The notes beneath the pieces were generated by a model. The model made no database searches, was not told the origin of the DNA, and saw nothing but the letters and a program-made list of their open reading frames with translations. 62,134 nucleotides of DNA from Clostridia bacterium (GTDB taxonomy: Bacteria; Bacillota; Clostridia; TANB77; CAG-508), in NCBI GenBank assembly GCA_017404025.1, contig JAFRDD010000003.1, forward strand, positions 1 to 62,134, written 5' to 3'. Positions 20,951 through 31,278 of the stretch are shown here, piece after piece (within the stretch, counting starts at the first letter, position 1; each line of letters starts with the position of its first letter). The translations under genes were made by a program, and so were the position numbers.

Positions 20951-23900
20951 TTAATAATCCCCTCCTGTATGAAGATATCTATCTACAAATTTACTTGTAA
21001 AAGCTTGTGCAAGTGGTTGTGCCCATAGTGCTGTTGTAAAAGTACCAAAATGAGCTTTAAAGATTGTTATAACATCTAAATCAAAGAAGTCCTCTAGTCT
21101 TACATTTCCGGCTGTATATGAATATGCCAAAGTATATAAATCGCTAGTTGTACTTGAAGAAGTCGGGTCACTTAATCCTAAATTATCAGCATACATTCCA
21201 TACCTATTTAACCTACTATGATTCGTTAAACCATTATAATATTCTCTAACTACAGATAAAAAATCGTCAGTTTTACATAATTTTCCTATATTTAATCCAT
21301 CAATATCTTGATACCAATCCATTAATGAAAAACCTGTACTATTTGCACTTTCAAATCCTAAACTTTGCGCATAGGAATCGCTATCACATCTAATTAATCC
21401 CTTTATTTGATTTGAATTAAATAATACATGATTTTCATTAAAGACTTTTTGAATTTCAGCTCCTAATTGTAAAAGATCTCCCATAGCACTTGCTAATAAA
21501 ATATATGGCATACCAGTTGAAGAAAAATCTCTAATCATTGCTGTTTCAGCAACAATAGCCAAATGTTGGACATAAATATAGTCTTCAATGATATCATCAT
21601 ATATACGCAAATTTCCAACATGAATACCAGTTCTTGCCTCAGCAAAGCTTATCCATGTGTAATCTATCGCCTCGGTTGTTGCCCACCACAATAAACCATT
21701 ATAAGCAGGCTCTCTTAAATATTGTAATATTAATCTATTTCTATTATAAGGGGTTTTATCTAAATGCGCTATTTGACAATATTCTTGCGCTGCAGATGTT
21801 AAACTTTCAATTGCATGTATAAAATTATTATTCAAATCAGAAGGAGTAGGTATTGGAACAGGTGTTACAGGATAATTATTTAATAAATTAACAATAGCAT
21901 TAAAAAAGTTATCTCCATAATTATTCATATTATTATCACTATAATCTGTTGTTGGTGCTAATTCTACCAGACAAGTTTCAGCCCCCAATCCAGGATAATC
22001 TGAACTTGTAGCAATTAAAGTTGGAGAGTTTTTTGCCCAAGCAATTAAATATCCTTCTCCATATCCGTATCCATGTCTAGCAGCTGGGATCCCCATACTA
22101 TTCCAGAAATATTGTCCTAAATTTGTGCTTCCTACTGTTTGATTATACCATCCATGAACATCTATTAAAACATTTTTTCCTATTCCAATATTACTTGTTA
22201 AGCAATTTCTCAAATTAATTAATTCCGTTGCACTTTCATCAAAATATTGTGTAGACGTTTTATATCTAGGACTTGAATTATTAGCGACAAAATTTCCACC
22301 CCAATTTCTATTTGGATCCAATTTATTATATAAACATCTTCCAAATCCATTATTACTATTTCCATTTATAATTCCATCTAAATTAATTCCTGGAAAAACA
22401 TATATTGTCCACTTATTCTTTATTATATTTAATTCAGTATCAGATAAAGATGTAAAGTCTTGTATAAATCTTTTAGCAATTTTTAGAAGCATATTACCAT
22501 CTCCATGATAATCAGTTCCATCTAATTTTATTCCATCTTCCCAACCATGTAAAGCGAAAGTTAAAAACAAATGATTAACACCTGTTCCACATTTATAATA
22601 ATACATATCACGACCTTTTTCGGTTTGCCCATATACTATTTTTGAGCCAAAATGTGTATATGAATTGCTAAAAGTTTCTATATTATTATTTTCTTCAGGT
22701 AAACTTCCACTCATTACCTTCGATGCTAAAACATATCCTCTTTTTCTTTGCCCTGTTGAAGAAACAGTATATTCAATACATGTATATTCAAAAGTATAAT
22801 TATTAGAGTTATTAGTATTAAAACTTATTATATCTTCATTTCTAACTGCACCTAGTTGTGCATAATTACTATTAGGACCACCATAAACAATTACTCTTTC
22901 ATCAACAATGTATCCCTCTGAGCCATTATCATAGAAATCAGAAAAATAAGATGGTCTATTATATGGCGTAAGTTCACTATATTTAACATAGCCTCTTTTT
23001 CTGCCTCCATTCGTGTTATATTCAATATATACATCATCACTTTCCTTTGCAATAATCGATACAAATTCGCTAGCAGCTACTGCCCCTATAGAAGCATAAT
23101 TTGAATTAGGTCCTGCATATACTTCAACTCTTTTTTGCATAACTCCAACACAAGTTTCTCTAGGAAACGATAAATATTGATTATAAACATATCCTCTTTT
23201 AGTTCCAGTTGATGTTGAATATTCAATATAAGCGACATGATAGTTTCCAGTATTATAATGAAATATCATTGTACATCCTTCATGTTGATATAATGTTCCA
23301 ACTGGAGCTGTTAAGCTAAAATCATCACAAGTTCTTACATCAAGTTCAGTGGTTGCAAAGCAATACCCTCCATAATAATCTTCTTCTTCTGGTGCTGGGC
23401 CAGTATAATCTTCAATAGATGTTTGCGGAACATATCCTTGTTTCTGTTTTCCGGTGCTAGTTACAATATATTGTATATGATAAAATCCAAATGCTTTAGA
23501 CAAGATATAAACTTGTTCTCCATTATCAACACTTCCAACAGTAGCATATTGTGTCAAATGAGGTCCATGATAAACGGTTTGATTTTGTGCCATTGTTGCG
23601 ACAGTTGATGTAGAGGATTGTATTATTGGATTATTGTTTGAAGTTTTTGACATTTGGGGAACTTTAGCTTTTGACTTATCATATAATGACTTTATAAGTA
23701 TATCTGCTAGTTCCTCACTAAATAAATTATTTATTTCTGTTTTTATATTGTTATCGTGAGGATCATTCAAAGTTTTTATTCCACTCTCTATATTATAATA
23801 TTTCTTGTTTAAAATAATAAATCTAGTTTCGTCATAAACTAAAACTTTTATATATTCATCATCTGGTATCACTATATTATCTGTTGACATCATAATTCCT

Positions 23901-24148
23901 ATGGAATTTTTATTTTTTAATTGAGTTAGCATTTCTTCATCTAATAAAGTCGTTATTTTTTCGCTTTCCATTTTTAATTCATTTTCATTTAAACTAAAGG
24001 AACCATTACTATTTACATTAATAAATTCTAATATTTTTTCCTTTTTTTCTCCAAAAAGTTTTATACCTGATTTTAAATCCATTGCTTCAATTTTAAATTC
24101 ATTTAAAAATTTTTTTAATCGTTTTTCATCAATTTTATTTTTAACCAT
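20951..24148 (-). CDS. SH3-like repeat protein with an M14 zinc carboxypeptidase domain
   Basis: Repeats VY.GP...YA.VG.V...Y.IEY....KRGYV; HGWE, DPNRN, DVH and VE motifs. Confidence 0.75.
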   Translation of the reverse strand: MVKNKIDEKRLKKFLNEFKIEAMDLKSGIKLFGEKKEKILEFINVNSNGSFSLNENELKMESEKITTLLDEEMLTQLKNKNSIGIMMSTDNIVIPDDEYIKVLVYDETRFIILNKKYYNIESGIKTLNDPHDNNIKTEINNLFSEELADILIKSLYDKSKAKVPQMSKTSNNNPIIQSSTSTVATMAQNQTVYHGPHLTQYATVGSVDNGEQVYILSKAFGFYHIQYIVTSTGKQKQGYVPQTSIEDYTGPAPEEEDYYGGYCFATTELDVRTCDDFSLTAPVGTLYQHEGCTMIFHYNTGNYHVAYIEYSTSTGTKRGYVYNQYLSFPRETCVGVMQKRVEVYAGPNSNYASIGAVAASEFVSIIAKESDDVYIEYNTNGGRKRGYVKYSELTPYNRPSYFSDFYDNGSEGYIVDERVIVYGGPNSNYAQLGAVRNEDIISFNTNNSNNYTFEYTCIEYTVSSTGQRKRGYVLASKVMSGSLPEENNNIETFSNSYTHFGSKIVYGQTEKGRDMYYYKCGTGVNHLFLTFALHGWEDGIKLDGTDYHGDGNMLLKIAKRFIQDFTSLSDTELNIIKNKWTIYVFPGINLDGIINGNSNNGFGRCLYNKLDPNRNWGGNFVANNSSPRYKTSTQYFDESATELINLRNCLTSNIGIGKNVLIDVHGWYNQTVGSTNLGQYFWNSMGIPAARHGYGYGEGYLIAWAKNSPTLIATSSDYPGLGAETCLVELAPTTDYSDNNMNNYGDNFFNAIVNLLNNYPVTPVPIPTPSDLNNNFIHAIESLTSAAQEYCQIAHLDKTPYNRNRLILQYLREPAYNGLLWWATTEAIDYTWISFAEARTGIHVGNLRIYDDIIEDYIYVQHLAIVAETAMIRDFSSTGMPYILLASAMGDLLQLGAEIQKVFNENHVLFNSNQIKGLIRCDSDSYAQSLGFESANSTGFSLMDWYQDIDGLNIGKLCKTDDFLSVVREYYNGLTNHSRLNRYGMYADNLGLSDPTSSSTTSDLYTLAYSYTAGNVRLEDFFDLDVITIFKAHFGTFTTALWAQPLAQAFTSKFVDRYLHTGGDY

Positions 24149-24301
24149 ATACTATAACCTCCCAAATAAAAATATATAAATTAGCTTTATATAAGCTTTT
24201 TTTAGTTATAAATCGAAAGTTAAATAATCTTCTACAACCTCCTTTCTTAAAATTTTGCCTATTATATAATGTTTAGTATAAAATATCATATTTAGTTTAC
24301 T

Positions 24302-24418
24302 TTTTATAAAAAGATAAAAAAAGACAAAATTCGCACCTAAAATAATATATTTTTTTATCATATATTTAGGTAGATGAAAAATTATTTGTAAAAAATAATT
24401 TTTCATTATTCAAAAAAT
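24302..24418 (+). pseudogene. Remnant copy of the Spo0A-like gene leader and N-terminus
   Basis: 30-nt identity to 28491-28520, then a degenerate match to the first codons of 28571..29305. Confidence 0.6.
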
Positions 24419-24534
24419 TAAAATATAATTTTATAGATTTTAATAATCAAATTCAAAAAAATTATAAAAATTTAATAAAAATCCGTTACTTTTTTATTTA
24501 TAAATTGTAATATTAATAGATAGGAGGAAAACAA

Positions 24535-25080
24535 ATGGATATTGACCAAAAATTATATAGAGAATTTTTAGCAGGAAATATGAAATCCTTTGATAAATTA
24601 GTAGATAAATATAGGAATACTTTAATATCATTTATTACTACCTTTATAAGAAAAAATGATTTAGCAGAGGATTTAGCTCAAGATGTTTTTGTATATATAT
24701 TAATGAACAAAAAAGAATACGATTTTAAATTCAGTATGAAAACATATTTATACACTATTGCAAAAAGTAGAGCGATAAACTATTTAAATAAAAATAAAAG
24801 AATACTATATATTGAAGATTATCCAACTAAAGACATAGAAATATATCAGACAGAAGAACAATTTATGGTAAATGAAAATAAGAGAAAAATTCATAATGCT
24901 ATTAAAAATTTAAACACCAATCAACAAAGAATAATTTATTTGGTTGATATAGAAGATATGTCATATAAAGAAACTGCCAAAATAATGGATATTTCAATAC
25001 CTCAGGTAAAAATGACTTTATATAGAGCAAGAAAAAAACTTAAAGATATTTTGGAAAAGGAGGAATTAAAACATGGATAA
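24535..25080 (+). CDS. ECF sigma factor
   Basis: AEDLAQDVF, TYLYTIA, SYKETA..TLYRARKKL. Confidence 0.9.
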   Translation: MDIDQKLYREFLAGNMKSFDKLVDKYRNTLISFITTFIRKNDLAEDLAQDVFVYILMNKKEYDFKFSMKTYLYTIAKSRAINYLNKNKRILYIEDYPTKDIEIYQTEEQFMVNENKRKIHNAIKNLNTNQQRIIYLVDIEDMSYKETAKIMDISIPQVKMTLYRARKKLKDILEKEELKHG

Positions 25081-26080
25081 TGAACAATTTAAAGAAACTA
25101 TATATAAAAAATATAATAATTATAAAAATATTCATAATGATGACTTTTTTAATGTACATCATTATAGAAAAACAAGTAAAAATATTTTTTTAAATAAAGT
25201 AGCTGTTTTTTTTATCGGAATTATTATAACAGTGGGAGCTGTATATGCTGGAACTTCTATATATCAATATTTCTATCAAGAAAAAGCACAAGCAAAATAT
25301 ATTGAAAACATGAACGATTGGTTTAAAACAAATGATCAAGAAATTATGTATAAAGATATAGTTACATATGAAGAATATCTAAAATATAAAAATAATTGGA
25401 ATTCTATTATAGAAATGGATGAAAATGAATTTGAAAATAATTTTTTGATTGTGATAGTAGCTTCTTGGAGAATGCCTGGAATCTCAATATCTCAAATTTC
25501 ATCAGATGATAAAACATTATATATTGAGGTAGATAATAATATCACCGAAGAAGAAATAAATAAGGAAGAATATATGGTCACAGCCAAAATCCCAAAAGAA
25601 TTATATAGAGATAATATATCGATAAATATGAGAGAACAAAAAATATATTCCAATAAATATAAAAAACTTGAAGATTTACCATTAGATTATAATATTGAAA
25701 ATGCTAAAGAAGACGGATGTATCATAATTAATGACTTAGAAATTAATGAAGATAATCAAAAGATATTAAATGATTTTATATATAAAACAAAAAAAGAAAA
25801 TAATGAATATATAAGAATTTTTACACAAAGTCAGATAAAAACAGATAATGGTTCTAATAAAAATAGTATTACTATTACAGATATTGAGTATAGAGATGGA
25901 GATTATATTTTGTATATAGATAATAGAAGAAAAGAAGAATTAAGTGATAAAAAATTGAGTTATATTGGTAAATTTCAATATATAGAAAAATATCAAAAAG
26001 ATGATGAAGTGCAAGGTTATACGAGAATTTATTTAAGAAATTTAATGAATCAAAAAGTTTTAATAGCATTATATAAATAA
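25073..26080 (+). CDS. Putative anti-sigma factor
   Basis: Overlaps the ECF stop; single TM ending GAVYA. Confidence 0.65.
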   Translation: MDNEQFKETIYKKYNNYKNIHNDDFFNVHHYRKTSKNIFLNKVAVFFIGIIITVGAVYAGTSIYQYFYQEKAQAKYIENMNDWFKTNDQEIMYKDIVTYEEYLKYKNNWNSIIEMDENEFENNFLIVIVASWRMPGISISQISSDDKTLYIEVDNNITEEEINKEEYMVTAKIPKELYRDNISINMREQKIYSNKYKKLEDLPLDYNIENAKEDGCIIINDLEINEDNQKILNDFIYKTKKENNEYIRIFTQSQIKTDNGSNKNSITITDIEYRDGDYILYIDNRRKEELSDKKLSYIGKFQYIEKYQKDDEVQGYTRIYLRNLMNQKVLIALYK

Positions 26081-26316
26081 TTTTATAAGTACTTAAATGT
26101 AAAAAGTATTAATTATGTATTAATACTTTTTTTACATAAAGTTACCTTATATTACCTTTTTGATATAAATTGTCGAAATTATAGTATAATAATTATTAAA
26201 GGTGATTTACCTAAAGCTTACTATATCAAAATTACAGGTTGCTATCTTTAACTTGTAATTATGGTATGGCGAATAGAATAGTATTGTCAATAGTGTTGTA
26301 TCGAAAGGAGTTTATC

Positions 26317-27318
26317 ATGACAAGAACAATTGACAAGAAAGTAGTAGCTGTCTTTATGGCTTTGCTTACTATTTTTATGGTTTTCCCGAACGTTGCTCAT
26401 GCAAGTTCAACTCAGATCACAGGACGGTCAACAACAGCGCAGACTGTATATACAGGACCTTCAAGTTCTAATTACGAGTCTGCTGGAAGCATTGGAGCCA
26501 ATGAAGAGGTATATATTCTTGGCAAAGAAAAAAACCAAAACTGGTACCACATTCAATACCATGCGGGTTCTAAGCAAAAGAGCGGTTATGTTCCGACAAG
26601 TACAATTACTTCTATATCAGGCGGTACGCCTAGTAATGAAGAATTTTACGGCGGCTATGCAGTCTCAACTACATATCAAACTGTTTGGAGTTGCGATGAT
26701 GCTTCAATTGCAGTTAATATTGGTAGCGTAAGTGCTAACGAAGGTGTAACACGACTGTATGCATATGGAAATGTAATGTATATTGAATACAGTACATCAG
26801 GAAAGGCAAAAAGAGGTTATGTATTTAATCCCCAATTTAGCTATCCTGAAAACGTGACTTGTGCAGCACGTGTGACTAATTCATCCAGTATATCATATGG
26901 CCTTGGTGGCGATGGCCCTTGGGCAACAGTTGGTAGTGTAGCTGCAGGTGAATATGTAGCAGTTATTGCAGGCTCTAATTCACTTAATACTGTATATGTA
27001 GAGTACAATACATCAAGTGGAAGAAAACGTGGATATATGTCAGCAAGCAATTTGGAATTCCATGGTGGCGTATCCTTAGGAGCCCTTAGCGATATGTATG
27101 GATTTGTAGGTCCAAACTATTTGGGCGGTACTAATGCAGGTCCTGTAAATTCTACAACTTACGTATATGCTGGGCCTGGATATCCTTATGCAAGTGTAGG
27201 ATACCTTGATGCAGGCGAAACCTATGTGTGGGTGACAGATATAACTATTAATAACCATTCTTGGTCATATATACACTATAAGGTTAACGGTGCATGGAAA
27301 TCTGGATTTATTTATTAA
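26317..27318 (+). CDS. Secreted SH3-like repeat protein
   Basis: Signal peptide ending AHA; repeats similar to those of 20951..24148; GC higher than neighbours. Confidence 0.75.
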   Translation: MTRTIDKKVVAVFMALLTIFMVFPNVAHASSTQITGRSTTAQTVYTGPSSSNYESAGSIGANEEVYILGKEKNQNWYHIQYHAGSKQKSGYVPTSTITSISGGTPSNEEFYGGYAVSTTYQTVWSCDDASIAVNIGSVSANEGVTRLYAYGNVMYIEYSTSGKAKRGYVFNPQFSYPENVTCAARVTNSSSISYGLGGDGPWATVGSVAAGEYVAVIAGSNSLNTVYVEYNTSSGRKRGYMSASNLEFHGGVSLGALSDMYGFVGPNYLGGTNAGPVNSTTYVYAGPGYPYASVGYLDAGETYVWVTDITINNHSWSYIHYKVNGAWKSGFIY

Positions 27319-27388
27319 TACTTTAACAAGTATTATAAAAATTTCGAAAGCTAATTAAGTTCACTTTGACAATACTTATTCTATTCTT

Positions 27389-27422
27389 AAATCAGCTCCA
27401 TTAATCTGGAGCTGATTTTTTA
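27389..27422. terminator. Intrinsic terminator
   Basis: AAATCAGCTCCA-TTAATC-TGGAGCTGATTT followed by a T run. Confidence 0.85.
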
Positions 27423-27463
27423 TAAGTGATTTATTAAAAATACTGTTTTTAAAATCTTTGAAC

Positions 27464-28156
27464 CTATAACAAATTATTTAATACTGTTTGAATTATAATT
27501 CTAGAACCTGTTTTGGGTAAATAAGACATCTTTAAGTATTTTTTCAGTTTTTCTTCTTTGCATTCACAATACATTATGCTAGTTGCTCTTGTTATATTAC
27601 ATTTAATTGTATTTTCAGACTTGTTATATTTTTGAGCTAAAATACAATAAATTTTTTTCATAGAAATATCATTATAAGAATTTTGTTCTGAATACAAATA
27701 ATAAATACAGTCTATTAAATACTTAGTTCCATAATACGATGGGTTATATCCTATAAAAATTAATTCTTCATTTATCCTTTTTCTTATAATATTTTCGTGT
27801 TCATAATCAATATTATTTGTAATCATTTTCTTTACTAATTTTTCTAAAACTTGTGATATATCATTAATATTACAAAATATACATTGATTATTATAGGTAA
27901 TATTTGAATTGTCTGTTAATATAATTATATATTTTACATAAGTACTTAAATTAGAAAAGTCAATAATATTAAGAGCTTTAAAAGCACTAGATTCTATTAT
28001 AAGTATATCAATAGAACTGTTTGAAAACGTATTAAAAATATCATTTGGATTTTCTAATATTTTGTACAATCTAATGGATTGACTTAATGAATTAATTAGA
28101 TTATATAATTCAATATATTGGCTATTTTCTTTTTTCAATAAAACAACTTCTATCAT
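27464..28156 (-). CDS. Spo0A-like regulator (degenerate receiver plus Spo0A C-terminal domain)
   Basis: GTKYLIDCI..IYCILAQKY..TIKCNITRA; E in place of the phosphoacceptor D. Confidence 0.75.
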   Translation of the reverse strand: MIEVVLLKKENSQYIELYNLINSLSQSIRLYKILENPNDIFNTFSNSSIDILIIESSAFKALNIIDFSNLSTYVKYIIILTDNSNITYNNQCIFCNINDISQVLEKLVKKMITNNIDYEHENIIRKRINEELIFIGYNPSYYGTKYLIDCIYYLYSEQNSYNDISMKKIYCILAQKYNKSENTIKCNITRATSIMYCECKEEKLKKYLKMSYLPKTGSRIIIQTVLNNLL

Positions 28157-28570
28157 AACGACTCTCCTTATTTATATAATACTTTAATTAGGTAAATTAC
28201 ACCCTTAATATTACAAGAAATTAGTTTTTTGATATTATTTATATTTTGAACGTAATATATCTAAATAACAAACATATAAATCTAAAAATATATATCAATA
28301 GTATAATTTAGAAAATTAATATTCATATATTTATATGTTTTTTCTTTTTATACATTCAAAGCAGGTATTTTATTACCTGCTTTGAAAAATTCTTTTTATT
28401 TCTAATTTTAGTCCCGTTAATCTTAAAATTATGCTACTAAAATTCAAATCTATTATTATGTTAAATATAAAATATCATAAAAAAAAATTTTTTTATAAAA
28501 AGATAAAAAAAGACAAAATTTGCACCCAAAACAACATTTTTTTCCATCTTATATTTAGGAGGATAAACTA

Positions 28571-29305
28571 ATGGTTAATATATTATTTGTGGAAGATAAT
28601 TTTCATTATTCAAAAAATCTAATAAATAAAGTTATGCAAGAAAATCCAGAGGTTCGATTATTTAGAATAATTACTAATGGAAAAGAAGCACTAAATATTT
28701 TAAAAGATGCTAGTTCTGAAATAGATATAGTTCTACTTGATTTAAAACTACCAGGAAATAGTGGGGTAGATATTATAAAAGATTTAGAAAAAAATAATTA
28801 TAAAAAATATAAAAATTCTATTATTGCTATATCTGGGGAATTTACACTTTTATCACAAGTTATGCAAAGTCCTTACCTATATACATATATTAATAAAATT
28901 GCAGGATTTGAACAAATAATTACGATAATAAATGAATTAATTGAAATTAAAAAAAGTTCTAAATTCTCAACAGAAGAAAAAATAAAAATTGAACTAAAAA
29001 AATTAAAATATAATTTTTCATATATTGGTACTCTCTATATATATGAGACTATATTAATTTTATGCAATCAATCTCCCAACAAGAAGATTAAACTTGAAAA
29101 ACAAGTATATCCTATTTTGGCTAATAAATACAATACAACTGTTAATAATATAAAAACTAATATTATTAATGCAACAAATGAAATGTATTACGATTGTAAT
29201 GTAGAAACTTTAAATAAATATTTGGGTATTTATTATGATGAAAAGCCAACTCCTAAAGAAGTTATTTCTACAATAATCTTAAGTATTCGAGATAATACTA
29301 TATAA
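28571..29305 (+). CDS. Spo0A-like response regulator
   Basis: VEDN, LLDLKLPG receiver; GTLYI..VYPILANKY..KPTPKEVI. Confidence 0.82.
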   Translation: MVNILFVEDNFHYSKNLINKVMQENPEVRLFRIITNGKEALNILKDASSEIDIVLLDLKLPGNSGVDIIKDLEKNNYKKYKNSIIAISGEFTLLSQVMQSPYLYTYINKIAGFEQIITIINELIEIKKSSKFSTEEKIKIELKKLKYNFSYIGTLYIYETILILCNQSPNKKIKLEKQVYPILANKYNTTVNNIKTNIINATNEMYYDCNVETLNKYLGIYYDEKPTPKEVISTIILSIRDNTI

Positions 29306-29438
29306 AACACTTTTATTTATCTTTTTTTATCTTTTTTAAAATTTAAAAAAAGATTTGATAAAATATATATACATTTCCTAAATATGGGATTGTTTAAAGT
29401 AAAGGGATGAGTCAACGACTAATTAAGGAGGCCTTCTT

Positions 29439-29996
29439 ATGACTATTACGAAAAAGTTCGCAACGACTCTCGTTGCAATGGCAATGATTTTTTCCTTGTT
29501 AGTAGGAAATAACACGATTTTTGCTTCTGCAGAAATCGCAAATGACAACGCAAACACCACTATATCGTCTGCACTTTCTACAGATGATGCACAGGCATTA
29601 CGGAACAAGCTGGATGCTTCTATAGGCTTAGAACCCTCCAGAAACTACAGTACTGACTATTGGGGTTCTGTTACTTTCACTGGTAACAATACCGGCTCTT
29701 GGCACACCATAAATGGCAACTACATAAGGGTTTGTTGTGCCATAAAACCTGTTGATGGAATTCCGTATTCTATTTCGACATACTATAGGCTTGAACAGTA
29801 TCCCGGAACAACAGTGAACCAGTGGTATCGTTATCCCGGTGCTGATTGCTCTCCTGATGCAGATGGTTATTATTTCTATGTTTCAGAATGGTTTAACATA
29901 AACAGTTGTGATCATAGACTTTACTATAGTGCTGTTACAGCAGGAACCAGTGAAGCAAGAAAAGTGAACTGTCACGTTTGGATTGATTATCAGTAA
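29439..29996 (+). CDS. Secreted hypothetical protein
   Basis: Signal peptide; GGAGG RBS; GC higher than neighbours. Confidence 0.7.
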   Translation: MTITKKFATTLVAMAMIFSLLVGNNTIFASAEIANDNANTTISSALSTDDAQALRNKLDASIGLEPSRNYSTDYWGSVTFTGNNTGSWHTINGNYIRVCCAIKPVDGIPYSISTYYRLEQYPGTTVNQWYRYPGADCSPDADGYYFYVSEWFNINSCDHRLYYSAVTAGTSEARKVNCHVWIDYQ

Positions 29997-30077
29997 ACTA
30001 TCACTGTTATTTTGATTATCAGTAAGTAAACATCATCTCATCCCTTTACTTAAGAAAACTGTTTAAATTTTCGACAC

Positions 30078-30103
30078 AGAGACTCAGTTTATACTGAGTC
30101 TCT
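30078..30103. terminator. Terminator between convergent genes
   Basis: AGAGACTCAGT-TTAT-ACTGAGTCTCT. Confidence 0.75.
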
Positions 30104-30111
30104 ATTCTTTT

Positions 30112-31278
30112 TTATTCTTTTTTTAATTTAATAACAATCTGTTCATCTTTATTCGTAATTAAATATATTTCTATATTACTTGTATTATCATAAGAGGTCA
30201 AATCAAATGTTTGATAATATCTAAATTTTCCATCAGTTAATGTTTCATATCCATTAACACTAGAATTAGACATTTCATATATATTATTATTTTCATCTTT
30301 TATATAACAATCATGAAATAATAACATATCATTTAATCTTTGATAGTTTCTTTCTTTTAATTTGTTATAATCAATTTTTTCACTATCAGTTATTAGCTCT
30401 AATTGCATGTTAGTCATAGAGACGATAGCTTTTGTTACTTGGGTTTTTTCGTCATTTATTTCTACAACACTATATACATTAGAAACTCTTTTATCAGCCA
30501 TTTCACTTAAATCAGTATCTATTTCCCATTTACCAACATAATTTTTTAATCCTTCTGCTGTATTTAATAAAATTTTATCTAAACTTATTTTAAGATTATT
30601 AGATTTTGGAAAATTGGTAGAAGCTGTCTTATATGTAAAAATAATATTATCCTCGTTATCTTCTACTAGTTTTATCTTTTTTGAGCCATCTGCATATGCA
30701 ATATTTCTATAATTGGCTTCTATATTATTGGTTTTACAATAATCCAAATATTTTTCAGTATTTTCAAACTCAGCTACTATAATATTATTATTTTCATCGG
30801 TAATTATTAAATTAGGTATAGAAATATCTAATATCTTTTCTTCACTTGGTTTATGGTCTAATTTCATATTAAAAACAATTCCTAAATTATAATCATCCAT
30901 TATAATATAATCAACTTTCAATTCTGCATCAGTATATATTTCGGCATTAGTAAAAACTGATGAATTATTTGATTGAATATAATCCATATCTGTATTTTGT
31001 ACATATTCATTTTCTAGAGCTTTATTCACACCATTATTGTCGTCAAATAAATACATTATGAAACCTTTAATTTCATCTGCAAAAACAATACCTCCAGTTA
31101 TAGCACCAATACCTATAATTGTTATTATGACTTTTTTAATTGTTCCTATTATTCCAATATGTTTTTCATTATTATTAAAAGTTGTATTTATTTTTTCTGT
31201 AATTAAATTAGGCACACTATTATTAGTTTTAAAATAATCAAACATCATTAAATCTAATTCATCATAATTTTCATTCAT
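30112..31278 (-). CDS. Putative anti-sigma factor (DUF4179-like)
   Basis: Single TM (GGIVFA), GVNKALENEY; coupled to the ECF gene. Confidence 0.7.
   Translation of the reverse strand: MNENYDELDLMMFDYFKTNNSVPNLITEKINTTFNNNEKHIGIIGTIKKVIITIIGIGAITGGIVFADEIKGFIMYLFDDNNGVNKALENEYVQNTDMDYIQSNNSSVFTNAEIYTDAELKVDYIIMDDYNLGIVFNMKLDHKPSEEKILDISIPNLIITDENNNIIVAEFENTEKYLDYCKTNNIEANYRNIAYADGSKKIKLVEDNEDNIIFTYKTASTNFPKSNNLKISLDKILLNTAEGLKNYVGKWEIDTDLSEMADKRVSNVYSVVEINDEKTQVTKAIVSMTNMQLELITDSEKIDYNKLKERNYQRLNDMLLFHDCYIKDENNNIYEMSNSSVNGYETLTDGKFRYYQTFDLTSYDNTSNIEIYLITNKDEQIVIKLKKE

Noticed and set aside
26393-26731. 112-aa ORF as the +1 product of CGG 26425
   Set aside because: No recognisable protein features; frame 0 encodes the SH3-like repeats.
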